DNA of 64,000 nt from Ignavibacteriota bacterium (GCA_963787835.1 CAWBEI010000002.1:1376001-1440000); one strand, 5' to 3'; positions 24,803 through 35,407 are shown, counted from the stretch's first letter. Program-made: numbers and translations. Notes: generated from the sequence alone by a model not told the origin.

Positions 24803-25957
24803 ATGAGGGAGGAGGTCTCCGCTCGATCGGAATCGCACGTCCCACAAGAGGTCATGTTCGGCGCGATCGGTTCATCGAAGCTCCGAACGGTGCTCGGCCT
24901 TCTCGGTATAGCGATAGGGCTCGGTTTTCTCGTACATCTCGGATATACGGTAAGCTTTGCCGGAGTTCCCGCAACCCTTTCGAAAGTTGGGATCCTGGGC
25001 GGGGTTGCTGTTTTAATTCCCTATTGTATCTCTGCCCTAAGCGACACCGAAGCGTGGCGCAGGCTTCTTTCTTCGAAAGAGCGGCATTTGGTTTTCAGCA
25101 AGATATTTCGCGTTCGAACCGCTACGGAAGCATTAGTGATAACCATTCCGCTTGGATCGATCATTTCCGATCCGGCCAAGGCATGGATGCTCAAGCGTCA
25201 GTTCGGATTCCCAATATCGTCCACCGCTGCAAGTATCGTCTATCGCAAGACCATGCTTGGGTTCTCGCAGGGGATTGTAGCCTCCAGTGTTGCATTGATA
25301 GCGATCCTGTTTCCCAGTGTCTTTCGTTCAGGCAATCTTGGGCCAGGGTTAGCATGGACGCTCTTTGCCTTTGCTTCCGGCGGCGTTGTCCTGTATAGTG
25401 TGATATTGGGACTCCTGTGCAACCGGCGTTTCATAGACCGATTTCACATTTGGCTTACCCGGCTTCCGTTTGTCCGGCTCAGTAAATGGTTCGAAACAAA
25501 GGAACCCGAATTTCAGGAGTTCAATGCGCACCTTCAGGCGTTCAGGGATATCTGGTCGATCGTTCGGTTTTCCGGATCGTATATCGTGGTGTGGGCGAGC
25601 GAGAATATAGAGACTCTCATCATTCTTGCTTTGCTTGGAGCTAATCTTACGGTTCCACAAGCCGTGCTCATGGAAGTCACTTGTGTATTCATGCGCGCAT
25701 CCACTCCGATGATCCCAGGAGGGATCGGCATTCAGGATACCGGGTACGTAAGTATGCTGATGGCCAGCGGGAATTCGCCCGAAATTGCCGCATCCTTTGT
25801 ACTGATAAAACGGACGCGCGAAGTGATATGGGCCGCTATCGGGTATATACTTTTACTGAGCGCTCGTCGAAAGGAGCCGGTCGTTGCGCCCACGGAATTG
25901 ATCGTAACCCCAGCGGAAATGAATGGTGTTGAAGCATCGGTTCAAACTCAATCGTGA
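24803..25957 (+). CDS. lysylphosphatidylglycerol synthase TM / UPF0104 flippase-like membrane protein
   Basis: Polytopic; W-R-R-L motif, IPGGIGIQD. Confidence 0.7.
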   Translation: MREEVSARSESHVPQEVMFGAIGSSKLRTVLGLLGIAIGLGFLVHLGYTVSFAGVPATLSKVGILGGVAVLIPYCISALSDTEAWRRLLSSKERHLVFSKIFRVRTATEALVITIPLGSIISDPAKAWMLKRQFGFPISSTAASIVYRKTMLGFSQGIVASSVALIAILFPSVFRSGNLGPGLAWTLFAFASGGVVLYSVILGLLCNRRFIDRFHIWLTRLPFVRLSKWFETKEPEFQEFNAHLQAFRDIWSIVRFSGSYIVVWASENIETLIILALLGANLTVPQAVLMEVTCVFMRASTPMIPGGIGIQDTGYVSMLMASGNSPEIAASFVLIKRTREVIWAAIGYILLLSARRKEPVVAPTELIVTPAEMNGVEASVQTQS

Positions 25958-26469
25958 AAAAGTTAACAGAAAAAGAAATTCGCCGTAGGGCACGCCACAT
26001 AAAATTGGTTCTGACCGATGTCGATGGTGTACTGACGGATACGGGTGTGTATTACTCCGCCGACGGTGAAGAACTAAAGCGATTCAGCATTCGAGATGGA
26101 ATGGGCATGGAGCTTTTGCGCGAGATGGGCATCGCAACTGCTATGATGACGCGGGAAGACTCCCCTCGGGTGGCATCGCGTTCGAAAAAGCTGGGGTTAC
26201 CCTATTATTTTGCCGGTGTTCTCGATAAGCAGAAGAAATTGCCGGAAGTCCTGGAGAGAACAGGGCTTGAACTCAGAGAGCTTGCCTACATCGGCGATGA
26301 CGTGAACGATGTGGAAGTCATGCGGGAGATCGCGCGGGAAGGATTAACAGCCTGCCCGAAAGATGCAATGCCCACGGCCAGAAGCGTTGCCCATTATGCG
26401 GCAAAAGCTCCCGGCGGCCACGGAGCGTTTCGTGATTTTGCAGAATGGATCATGAAAAATCGCGGCTAA
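25954..26469 (+). CDS. kdsC: KDO-8-phosphate phosphatase (YrbI HAD family)
   Basis: DVDGVLTD, RDGMG, YIGDDVND, GGHGAFR. Confidence 0.9.
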   Translation: MKKLTEKEIRRRARHIKLVLTDVDGVLTDTGVYYSADGEELKRFSIRDGMGMELLREMGIATAMMTREDSPRVASRSKKLGLPYYFAGVLDKQKKLPEVLERTGLELRELAYIGDDVNDVEVMREIAREGLTACPKDAMPTARSVAHYAAKAPGGHGAFRDFAEWIMKNRG

Positions 26470-26882
26470 TAATTTGCGATCACTCGGATGGTGTCGTACA
26501 AATGATAAATAGAGTTATGAAGGTAGTACAGCGCGATCCACGAAGTGTCACTACCGGAACCAACGATCGAGGTTGGGGAGATCGATGCGATGATCGTGTG
26601 TATATTGACATTGCCATCGGATAGCGGCTCATTGAATCGAAAATGGATCTTGGAGGTATCGCCATAGCCCGTCACGACCAAAGGCCCGAAATTGCAGCCG
26701 CAGGTTAATGCTACGGAGAACGATCCCGATGAATCCGTTCGGGTAAGTGTCCCGGTGGAAGGCGCAGAAATAAGTTTTGTCGTATCGACTTCGTTGGGTG
26801 AGGTGGGAGCACAGGAATTGCAGTTTGCTCCAACAACCGCCGCGATCATGGCGAAAAGTGCTATAATGACTAATTTTTTCAT
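26466..26882 (-). CDS. secreted/lipoprotein-like hypothetical protein
   Basis: Signal MKKLVIIALF...GANC; 138 aa. Confidence 0.65.
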   Translation of the reverse strand: MKKLVIIALFAMIAAVVGANCNSCAPTSPNEVDTTKLISAPSTGTLTRTDSSGSFSVALTCGCNFGPLVVTGYGDTSKIHFRFNEPLSDGNVNIHTIIASISPTSIVGSGSDTSWIALYYLHNSIYHLYDTIRVIANY

Positions 26883-27064
26883 GAGGGTACGAATATTGTT
26901 GTTGAATCCCATAAGCACAAGATCCTCCTAATAGTAAAACGCACAGAGTGCCACGGGTTACAAAAAAATTTTAAGAAAAATGAACGTGCCCCGCGAAAAC
27001 GGATGATTCTTGCAAAGAACAGGTTTGAATAATGAACAATTAGCGCCCGCAAGGGTTCTTGCCA

Positions 27065-27367
27065 ATGGAAAATGCATCTAATAATAGACTCACAAAAGAA
27101 CAGATAGAGGGGGAAATCCGGGATATTTCGGGGTGGTCTTATAATTCGGAGTCTGAGAGAATTGAGCGAACGTTCATCCGAAAGAGCTTTCTGGAGGCCG
27201 TCGCCTTCATTCAGCGGATCGCAGAGGTGGCCGAAGTGCACGATCATCATCCCGATATCCTTTTATCGGGATACAAGAACGTTTTAGTCATGCTTTCGAC
27301 GCATTCTGCTGGTGGCGTGACCTTAAAAGATTTCGAGATGGCAAGGGCCATCCAACTTTCAGAGTAG
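27065..27367 (+). CDS. phhB: pterin-4a-carbinolamine dehydratase
   Basis: AEVHDHHPDI and LSTHSAGGVT.KD. Confidence 0.9.
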   Translation: MENASNNRLTKEQIEGEIRDISGWSYNSESERIERTFIRKSFLEAVAFIQRIAEVAEVHDHHPDILLSGYKNVLVMLSTHSAGGVTLKDFEMARAIQLSE

Positions 27368-27369
27368 AT

Positions 27370-28800
27370 ATGCAAAAAGCAATTCTTTTTACATTCCTTT
27401 TCATCACGGTCCTTCTAAAGCCGTCCATCCTTTTTTCGCAGGAATTAGCCAACAAGGTGCCACTCGATACACTCACCAAGTATGGGATCTACGATAAAGA
27501 CCGTCTGCCTCCCTCATTCCATGCAAGCCGCTGCAAGCTTTTGCTTGATTCTATGCAGAACAGATCGATCGCACTCTTTCTTGCCGCCGAGGAAAAGAAC
27601 CGTTCGAATGATAATAACTACGAATACCATCAGGATCCAAATTTTTACTATCTGACTGGTTGTTTGGAACCGGGTAGTGCGCTTGTTCTCAGCAAAGATG
27701 GCATCACTCTTTCGGACGGAAGGACTGTGCATGAAATTCTTTTTGTCAGGAACCGTAACTTGGCACAGGAAACATGGACTGGCCGCAGGCTCGGTCCCCA
27801 GGGAGCGATTTCTGTCTTAAAAGTAGATGCAGCGTTATCCATCGATAGTCTTCCATCCTTACTTCGATCGGTTCTTCCAAAGTCACAATACTGTTATTAT
27901 GATCCTCACGTAACAAGCCAGCGTGAGCCGGCGCTTAATGATACCACACTGCTGACTAATCTTGACGATCGTGCATTGATCAAGCGGACGTATCCGAATT
28001 TGGAGATAACTACAACGCTTTCTCATGTGCTCGCGGAATTACGTCAGGTCAAGACTCCCGAAGAGTTACGGCTCATGCGCAAAGCCATCTCAATATCTAA
28101 TGAGGCGCACAACGCCGTTATTCATGATGCGCGTCCCGGCTGGTTTGAGTATCAAATTCAGGCAGAAGCCGAAGATATATTTACAAAAAATGGTGCGGAA
28201 TATATCGCCTATCCCTGCATTGTCGGAAGCGGCCCAAACTCGACCATTCTGCACTACGAGACGAATCGGCGCCAAACCCAGTCCGGCGATTTTATCGAGA
28301 TGGATATGGGAGCGGAATATCATGGCTATTGCGCGGACATTACGCGCAGCTTTCCCATTTCAGGCACGTTCACTCCCGAACAACGCGCCATCTACGCGTT
28401 GGTGCTGGCCGCTCAGGATAGTGGCATCAAGGCATGCGTTGCGGGTGCCCCATTCAGGTCTGCGCACGCGGCGGCCCTTCGTGTGATACAATCCGGACTT
28501 GTGAAGCTTGGGATCCTTCAAGATTCCAGCCAATATAAAATGTACTTCATGCACGGCACGTCCCATTATTTGGGGCTTGATGTTCACGATGCCGGAACGT
28601 ATGGCCCGTTAACTCCGGGGAATGTACTGACGGTCGAACCTGGAATTTATATTCCGACTGGTAGTCCATGCGATCCCAAATGGTGGAATATTGGATGCAG
28701 GATCGAGGATGATATTTTGGTTACCGAGCGTGGCCCGGAGATCCTCTCCGTCCATTCTCCCCGTGAGATCGGCTCCCTTGAAAAAGTAATGGCAAGATAA
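27370..28800 (+). CDS. pepP: Xaa-Pro aminopeptidase with signal peptide
   Basis: FYYLTG, LHY, D.G.EY.GY.ADITR, HGTSHYLGLDVHD, TVEPGIY, RIEDD. Confidence 0.9.
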   Translation: MQKAILFTFLFITVLLKPSILFSQELANKVPLDTLTKYGIYDKDRLPPSFHASRCKLLLDSMQNRSIALFLAAEEKNRSNDNNYEYHQDPNFYYLTGCLEPGSALVLSKDGITLSDGRTVHEILFVRNRNLAQETWTGRRLGPQGAISVLKVDAALSIDSLPSLLRSVLPKSQYCYYDPHVTSQREPALNDTTLLTNLDDRALIKRTYPNLEITTTLSHVLAELRQVKTPEELRLMRKAISISNEAHNAVIHDARPGWFEYQIQAEAEDIFTKNGAEYIAYPCIVGSGPNSTILHYETNRRQTQSGDFIEMDMGAEYHGYCADITRSFPISGTFTPEQRAIYALVLAAQDSGIKACVAGAPFRSAHAAALRVIQSGLVKLGILQDSSQYKMYFMHGTSHYLGLDVHDAGTYGPLTPGNVLTVEPGIYIPTGSPCDPKWWNIGCRIEDDILVTERGPEILSVHSPREIGSLEKVMAR

Positions 28801-28804
28801 GTTC

Positions 28805-30274
28805 ATGTCGAAATCGATCATCGTTACAATTGTACTTTTAGTGCTTGCCTGCTCCGTTCGGGCACAGGATGAGGTTGAGCATCTCTCACCCTTTGCTCAT
28901 GGAGCAGGCCGCACCTATGCGATCACATCTCGCGGGCTCGATGCCGTTGGTTTAAATCCATCGCTCCTTGCATTCGGAACGCCGCAGCCATTCGAGATAA
29001 CACTTGCACCCATTTCCTCGCTTGGGATCAATGCGGGGCCGAGCCTGGCGCAGATCAATAGTATCTCTCATGGTTTTCAGGGCAAAGGGCTTTCTTCCGA
29101 CTCCTTATCCAAATCTCCGGATAGTTTGCAAGTGGGGGATTCCACGCGGCTCTCTATCGCAAATCTCTTAAGCAATAACGGGCTTTCCAGTTCTATCGAT
29201 ATGAGGGTGTTCGGTATGTCTTATTTCGATCCCGATCTGGGAGCTTTTGCACTGACATGGACGATGCACGCAGCGTTGCAAGCATCCATTCCGAACGAAC
29301 TGTTGGATTACATCGGAGTGGGTGCGGTATCGAAAATGGCAGAAGGATATACGCTGTCACCCCAGACACTCGATATTCAGGCCTTATGGTATAGCGAATA
29401 TACGCTTTCGTACGCTCGCACATTGTTCGGAAAACCATGTTCCGGTGATCTGCAATTGCTCTCGGGAGTTGGGATTAAATATGTCTCTGGCATTGCGGTT
29501 CTGCAGATGAATCCGGGAGTGTTTTCTATCAACTCACCACCAAGTCCGCTCGGCGCGCATTATGTAGTTGGTGTGAACTATCAGATACGCTCAGCCTATC
29601 CGAGCGAGATCAATTTTAATAATTTGCCGAGCACATTTTCTCTGAATCTTATCGAAAATGCGACGGCAGGAAACGGCCTTGGAGCGGATATTGGCTTTAC
29701 CCTCGGCGCGTTCGACAGTACCCACAACGCCCCGTGGGAACTTGCTGTCAGCATTACGGATATTGGTAGTATTCGATGGAATAGCAATGCCAACGTACGC
29801 AGCGCCGATACAACGGTAAGCCCCTCCTCGCAAGACATTAGTCAGGACTCCATTAATGCACAGCTCAAAGCTCTTGGCGGAAAAGTAGATACGACCGCGG
29901 GCTCTTTTACCACGCCACTTCCGACCACCTTGCACATAGCTGGCGCGATCGACCTTGCGGAGATCGGGTTGAGAATGGATGGATTGGCCTTTGGCGCAGT
30001 CGCGGAATACGCTCTTGGCCTGACAAACACCGTTGGATCTCCCACAAATGGACGCTTCGGTTTTGCCCTGACACTCGAACACCCAAGCATGTCGCTTGGC
30101 ATACATGCCGCGATCGGGATGACGATGCAGGATGGGACAAATGACCTGACGGTCGCTTTCGGAATAGGATTATGGAATAGTATTCTGATCGATGTTGGAA
30201 CCGATGGCTTAACGGGCCTTTTTTCTGCCAACGGCCATACCGATGCAGTTTTTGGGTTGAAGGTTCTGTTTTAA
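28805..30274 (+). CDS. outer-membrane beta-barrel protein (DUF5723-like)
   Basis: Signal peptide, NPSLL, GADIG, SITDIGSIRW, C-terminal F. Confidence 0.6.
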   Translation: MSKSIIVTIVLLVLACSVRAQDEVEHLSPFAHGAGRTYAITSRGLDAVGLNPSLLAFGTPQPFEITLAPISSLGINAGPSLAQINSISHGFQGKGLSSDSLSKSPDSLQVGDSTRLSIANLLSNNGLSSSIDMRVFGMSYFDPDLGAFALTWTMHAALQASIPNELLDYIGVGAVSKMAEGYTLSPQTLDIQALWYSEYTLSYARTLFGKPCSGDLQLLSGVGIKYVSGIAVLQMNPGVFSINSPPSPLGAHYVVGVNYQIRSAYPSEINFNNLPSTFSLNLIENATAGNGLGADIGFTLGAFDSTHNAPWELAVSITDIGSIRWNSNANVRSADTTVSPSSQDISQDSINAQLKALGGKVDTTAGSFTTPLPTTLHIAGAIDLAEIGLRMDGLAFGAVAEYALGLTNTVGSPTNGRFGFALTLEHPSMSLGIHAAIGMTMQDGTNDLTVAFGIGLWNSILIDVGTDGLTGLFSANGHTDAVFGLKVLF

Positions 30275-32187
30275 TTACTCAGAATAAAATGCGTGGTAGC
30301 ATTCTGCCCATCTCCGACCATTGTGCAGAAATATGCTCCGGAACTTAACCCAACAGGCTGCCAGGGGATCGAGTGCGATCCAGAAGCTTGCACGCCTTCC
30401 GGCAGGGATGCAACAATTCTTCCGAGCAAGTCATATATTTCGAACGTAACATTGCCGGGCCGATCAAGGGAAAAGTCAATAGTGTAGGAATTTAGTTGGC
30501 GGTGAATTGCGAGCTCAGTAGAGAGTGATGACGGCGGTTGCACCGCAAGAGTTCGTGGCAGCGATCCATCCAGCAGCCAATTATGAGGATCGAAGATCAT
30601 CTGCGTGACAGGGCTGGCAAAAGAAAAGCCGAAGGATTTTAGAGGCTGGTCATCCCAAACCTGAACGAACGTATCGATGGCAGTGCCTCGGAATTCGAGT
30701 TCGATCGGCATCGTAAAAAAGGGACTTGTTGAAGACGACCCTGTTTGTTCGATTGCAACAGAAGGATGCAGCCCATCCGCTCCATCCCAGGAAATGGAAT
30801 AGATCGGGTAGCCAATTCCATACACCCATTGATTGAAAAACCAACCCATATCTTTTCCCACGGATTTCTCAACGGAGGCCTGAAGATCGGAGGTGCCCGC
30901 CACACCGTAGCGCAACGGACCAGTTACATACTCACGCAGCGCTCGGAAATACGTAGAATCACTACCAAGCACAAACCTGAGCATGTGCAACACCCATGGC
31001 CCTTTGACATAGAGCAATGCGCCCACCGCCTGGGTCTCCAGCAAGCTATCCGGCGTATAAACCGAGCCGGTTGGATCCGATACCGCATCCTGCTCCTGCT
31101 GGCTAATCATGGTATCAAAGACCGATTCTCCGTCACAATAGCGCCAGAATAGATCGGCGGTATAGACCGCAAACCCTTCGTTAAGCCAGCAATCGTTCCA
31201 TGTTTTACAGGTGACGGCGTCTCCGAACCATTGGTGCGCCGTTTCGTGAGCAACAACCCCGGTATCGGCGTCGTTACAGAACGAGAGCGTCTCATTTTCC
31301 ATCCCGCCGCCATGCCATTGGGCGATGCCATATTTCTCGTTCCGGAAGGCATAAGGGCCGAACCAATTTTCATAAACATTGAGGATCGTATCGAGGACAA
31401 TAAGCGATGCCGCCATAGTATCCGCCGAGCCTGGGAAAACATAGCTGGTCATCCGCATGCTGTCACCATCAGCCCAATGGTGCCAGTGTGCGAGGGTATC
31501 ATACTCTGAGCATGCAAAGGCAACGAGATAGTGATCGATGGGATGAGATTCATGCCAGTAAAACGTTTGACTCGTATCGTGATCGACGACATGAGTCAGG
31601 AGTCCATTCGATGCAACCATGTATGGTTTGTCACATGTGAAGTTAAGATCGGCCGAGTCGAGTTTATCGGCAGGATTATCCTTACAGGGCCACCAGTCTT
31701 TCGCGCGGAATGGTTCACTCCACGTCCAGCTGATGGGAATTCCTGTTCGTTCCCAATTTTGCCAGGTGTGCTCGATGCCCCCTGCATCCGTGTAACCATG
31801 ATAGTAAATGACAAGGTCGAATGGTGCAGCGGGAGCGTATTTCTTATTCAGTGTAACATAAAGCTTGTCCCAGGATCGAGTGAAGGCCACCGAATCGCCA
31901 TTCACAAAAAGGGAATCGATCGGAAGCAGTGGGTTAAGACTTAGCTGGATGGTCGAGTCGGGCCGGAGCACATTGGTATGAGCTTTCAGTTTTGCCGATC
32001 CAACTAGGTATCCCGTATCGGGTTCAACCCAAAGATCCAGCTTCAGGTAATCGACATCAAAAGAGGAGTCTATATCGATCAATACCGTGTCAGGTTGGGA
32101 CTGGGCACGGCAGGCGCTCTCGAAAAGCATAGCTGTCGAGGCAAGATGCACTAGAAGGATTAAAATAACAAGACGAACCAGACGCAT
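30271..32187 (-). CDS. M1-family zinc aminopeptidase with T9SS C-terminal domain
   Basis: GGMEN, HETAHQWFG, WLNEGFA, YVKG; IYDLLGR...LSSGAYF; start at MRLVRL. Confidence 0.9.
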   Translation of the reverse strand: MRLVRLVILILLVHLASTAMLFESACRAQSQPDTVLIDIDSSFDVDYLKLDLWVEPDTGYLVGSAKLKAHTNVLRPDSTIQLSLNPLLPIDSLFVNGDSVAFTRSWDKLYVTLNKKYAPAAPFDLVIYYHGYTDAGGIEHTWQNWERTGIPISWTWSEPFRAKDWWPCKDNPADKLDSADLNFTCDKPYMVASNGLLTHVVDHDTSQTFYWHESHPIDHYLVAFACSEYDTLAHWHHWADGDSMRMTSYVFPGSADTMAASLIVLDTILNVYENWFGPYAFRNEKYGIAQWHGGGMENETLSFCNDADTGVVAHETAHQWFGDAVTCKTWNDCWLNEGFAVYTADLFWRYCDGESVFDTMISQQEQDAVSDPTGSVYTPDSLLETQAVGALLYVKGPWVLHMLRFVLGSDSTYFRALREYVTGPLRYGVAGTSDLQASVEKSVGKDMGWFFNQWVYGIGYPIYSISWDGADGLHPSVAIEQTGSSSTSPFFTMPIELEFRGTAIDTFVQVWDDQPLKSFGFSFASPVTQMIFDPHNWLLDGSLPRTLAVQPPSSLSTELAIHRQLNSYTIDFSLDRPGNVTFEIYDLLGRIVASLPEGVQASGSHSIPWQPVGLSSGAYFCTMVGDGQNATTHFILSN

Positions 32188-32277
32188 GTGTATTTCAAAT
32201 GCTCTATGCTTCAAAATAATTCTCTTGGGGTGAATCTCTCGCAGTGCACTCCTGTTTCCGTGCTCTTCATGATAAAG

Positions 32278-33309
32278 ATGACTCTCGATTTCTTGCCCAT
32301 TATTCACCTGATTCGCGAACATGATTCGTTTGCGATCACCACCCACGTCAATCCCGATGGAGATGCGCTCGGATCGGAGATCGGTCTCGCGGAATGGCTG
32401 CTCTCGATTGGAAAAGGGGTTAGAGTCATCAATCACTCGGCCACGCCCTATAATTATACCTTTCTTGACACGCTCCATCCGATCGTTGTGCAATTCGATG
32501 AAAAGAAACACCCTGCTATCATTGAGGACGTTGACGTTATTGTGGTGCTCGATGTCAACGATCCCGAACGGACTCGCTCGCTCGGTGCATTTCTTGTTAA
32601 TGCAAAAAAGCCGGTAGTGGTCATAGATCATCACCTGAATCCAAAGGAATTCGCTACGGAATATTATATCGACTCCGAAGCTTGCTCCACGGGGGAACTG
32701 ATCATGCGGCTTATTGCTGAAGCGGAGCCACTGCTTGGTGGTCGGGTCACGCCAAAAGCTGCACAGGCTCTCTACGCCGCCATTATGACCGATACCGGCA
32801 GCTTCAAGTTCCCACGCACGACATCCGCCATTTTCCGCATGTGCGCCGACCTTCTCGATCTCGGAGCCGATCCCGTGAGCATTTACAACGAGATCTATAA
32901 TACTTCTCCGCCCGGTCGTTTGGAGATCATTCGCGATGCTCTGAATTCGCTGGAATATCATTACGATGGCCGGATGGCATTCCAGTGCATTCTTCAATCG
33001 CAATTGCATGCTGCGAACGCCGATGAGGAGGATGTCGATGGCCTGGTGCAGTTCCCATTTCAGGTTAGGGGCATCGTGCTTTCCGTATTTTTACTCGAAT
33101 TAAAGCAAGGATGGAAAGTCTCCACGCGATCGAAGAATAATGTTTCGGCTGCAAATTTTGCCCAAACCTTTGGGGGTAATGGTCATTTCCATGCCGCTGG
33201 CGCGCGAGTGCCGGAAGCGCATTCTCTCGAAGAAATGAAACGATCCATTATAAAGAATGCCGGTACCATCCTCGCGGAGGCCGGTGTGCTAAACTCATCC
33301 CAGCCATGA
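32278..33309 (+). CDS. nrnA: DHH-family nanoRNase/pAp phosphatase
   Basis: HVNPDGDALGS, IDHH, TDTGSF, GGNGH..AAG. Confidence 0.9.
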   Translation: MTLDFLPIIHLIREHDSFAITTHVNPDGDALGSEIGLAEWLLSIGKGVRVINHSATPYNYTFLDTLHPIVVQFDEKKHPAIIEDVDVIVVLDVNDPERTRSLGAFLVNAKKPVVVIDHHLNPKEFATEYYIDSEACSTGELIMRLIAEAEPLLGGRVTPKAAQALYAAIMTDTGSFKFPRTTSAIFRMCADLLDLGADPVSIYNEIYNTSPPGRLEIIRDALNSLEYHYDGRMAFQCILQSQLHAANADEEDVDGLVQFPFQVRGIVLSVFLLELKQGWKVSTRSKNNVSAANFAQTFGGNGHFHAAGARVPEAHSLEEMKRSIIKNAGTILAEAGVLNSSQP

Positions 33310-33393
33310 GCATCAGAACCGCTGTTCGCGAACTATTTTAGGGCATTGTCGGTATAGGGGTTTCCATTTTCAAAGAATTGATCCTGACTCGTT

Positions 33394-33807
33394 TTGGCTA
33401 AATCTCTCAAACTTCAATTAGTAACGCCCGACCGCTCCATCTTCGAAGGTGACGTCGATGAATTTACTGTTCCTGGCGCCGTTGGGCCATTTACCGTACT
33501 CTTCAATCACAGTCCGATCGTATCTGCGCTTGTTGCTGGACTCTTTCACTGGAAAGAAAACGGGAAAGAGTCAAAACTCCTGCTTGGTGGCGGATTTCTC
33601 GAATTTCACGAAAATACCGGTGTCGTACTGGCCAGTTCCGCCGAGCGTATCGAAGATATCGATGAAGCCCGGGCCGAGCGATCATTAGCCAGAGCTGAAG
33701 AGCGTCTTCAGCATGCCGTCGATGGTACCATCGACTACGACCGTGCCCGCGCCTCCCGCGACCGAGCTAAAGCTCGTATCGCAGCGAAGCACCCGATCCG
33801 AGGATAA
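33394..33807 (+). CDS. atpC: F1 ATP synthase epsilon subunit
   Basis: LQLVTPD, VPG..G...VL.NH.P, GGFLE; TTG start. Confidence 0.9.
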   Translation: MAKSLKLQLVTPDRSIFEGDVDEFTVPGAVGPFTVLFNHSPIVSALVAGLFHWKENGKESKLLLGGGFLEFHENTGVVLASSAERIEDIDEARAERSLARAEERLQHAVDGTIDYDRARASRDRAKARIAAKHPIRG

Positions 33808-33812
33808 TATTT

Positions 33813-34394
33813 CTACTGCTTTTCAGCAGTAACATTGACGAGGTTCATCGCCTTCTGAATTCCCGAATCTGCAATTTCGAAGCAAGCTACCGCTGCGCGC
33901 TCGATCATCTCTTCTGCTGTTTTGATCTCATCCGGCTTAAAGCGCGATAGCACATAATTCACCTGATCTCCTCGCCGAAAATTCGAGCCGATCCCGCATC
34001 GCAGTCTCGCAAAATCTTCGGTTCCCAATTCGTAGATAATAGAGGCCAATCCATTATGGCCGCCATCGGAGCCTGATAGCCGAAGTCGTAAGGCGCCCAT
34101 CGGTATAGCAAGATCATCGGCGATGACCACCACATTACGGATGGGAACCTTGTAAAACTGCATCGCATCCCGCACGGCCCGGCCTGACAGATTCATGTAG
34201 GTCGTGGGCTTTATCAGCAGAACCTCCTCGGAACCGCGCCAGCCCTTGGCAAAATAATATTCACCTTTGCCGGCGCGCCACCCGGAGGAGCGTTCCATTT
34301 TTTGCTCGACACGTTCCAGGACCTCGAATCCGACATTATGCCGTGTTCCGGCATATTCTCGGCCAATATTACCAAGGCCAGCAAATAGCCACAT
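33813..34394 (-). CDS. pth: peptidyl-tRNA hydrolase
   Basis: GLGN, TRHNVGF, KPTTYMNLSG, GGHNGL. Confidence 0.97.
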   Translation of the reverse strand: MWLFAGLGNIGREYAGTRHNVGFEVLERVEQKMERSSGWRAGKGEYYFAKGWRGSEEVLLIKPTTYMNLSGRAVRDAMQFYKVPIRNVVVIADDLAIPMGALRLRLSGSDGGHNGLASIIYELGTEDFARLRCGIGSNFRRGDQVNYVLSRFKPDEIKTAEEMIERAAVACFEIADSGIQKAMNLVNVTAEKQ

Positions 34395-34400
34395 GCGTTA

Positions 34401-35069
34401 TCACTTCTTGTCGCTTTTTCCCTTTTCAGCAGGAGCTTCTTCCTCTTCCTTCTTACCCTTGGCCTTGATCTGCTCTGGTTCGGTGATCGCAGCTTCCGTT
34501 GCGGTCGTCGTTTCTTCAGCAGATTTCGGCGGAGCGATCGTCACGATAACGGAATGGGAATCGGTGGTGACCGTATAGTTCGGATTTACCGGAAGATCGC
34601 TCACATGTAGCGAGTGGTTGATCTTCAAATTGCTGACATCCAGATCGATATGCGAGGGGATCGAAGCCGGCAACACTTCGATCGAAAGCTTATGAAGCAC
34701 AAAATCGAGCACACCGCCATCTTTCACGCCGGGTGCGCTTCCAATGATCTTCACCGGTACATCGATGCGGATCTTCTCATCGGCATGAAGCAGGATGAGG
34801 TCGATATGGCTCACCCGGTCCGTCACGGGATGAAACTGCACCTCGCGGAGGACGCAGCTATTCGGTTTGCCATCGAGCACAAGGTTGACGGTATGCGTAT
34901 CCGGAGTGAAGATGAGCGGACGCAGATCCAGCTCTTTCACATGAAACGGAATGCTGGCCTCGCCGTGGCCATAAAGAATGCCTGGTACTCGGCCATTTTG
35001 CCGAAGCTGAAGTGCGGTCGAGCCGCCTAATTTGGTACGCGGTTCCGCGTTGATCGTTAATTGTGCCAT
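34401..35069 (-). CDS. rplY: 50S ribosomal protein L25/Ctc
   Basis: LRQNGRVPGILYG, EVQFHPV...HID, GVKDGG. Confidence 0.95.
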   Translation of the reverse strand: MAQLTINAEPRTKLGGSTALQLRQNGRVPGILYGHGEASIPFHVKELDLRPLIFTPDTHTVNLVLDGKPNSCVLREVQFHPVTDRVSHIDLILLHADEKIRIDVPVKIIGSAPGVKDGGVLDFVLHKLSIEVLPASIPSHIDLDVSNLKINHSLHVSDLPVNPNYTVTTDSHSVIVTIAPPKSAEETTTATEAAITEPEQIKAKGKKEEEEAPAEKGKSDKK

Positions 35070-35196
35070 TGTGATCTATCAGCCGCTGCACACTTACGTC
35101 CCAGGAGCAACCTCACGATTGATCCGATAAGGAGCAGTGCCCAACAGCGCTGGTGGAAAATATCCAAAGGCGAAGCCTCTGGCGTTAAAAGTGAGC

Positions 35197-35228
35197 CTCG
35201 AAAGCAATTTTAACCCTACTTTGGTTCA
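35197..35228 (-). promoter_or_regulatory. conserved motif upstream of rplY
   Basis: TGAACCAAAGTAGGGTTAAAATTGCTTTCGAG, matching 23311-23342. Confidence 0.65.
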
Positions 35229-35234
35229 CCACTC

Positions 35235-35395
35235 CCCATCCTTTCCTGAATCCTCTTAATCCTGCGAATCCTTGTCAAAATCCTCACCCCGTCCCCATCC
35301 TTCCCTAATCCTGAAAATCCTGAAAATCGTGGTCAATCCGGTGAATCGTGGTCCATTTTCCCCATCCCATAAATCCCAAAAATCTCATAAATCAT
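35235..35395. repeat. degenerate 9-mer tandem repeat array (AATCCnnnn)
   Basis: AATCCTGAA AATCCTGAA AATCGTGGT..., AATCCCAAA AATCTCATA. Confidence 0.75.
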
Positions 35396-35407
35396 GGTTC
35401 AGACTAT

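Noticed and set aside
32188-33009. N-terminal extension of the 912-aa minus-strand ORF
   Set aside because: Antisense shadow of nrnA; the peptidase signal peptide begins at 32187.
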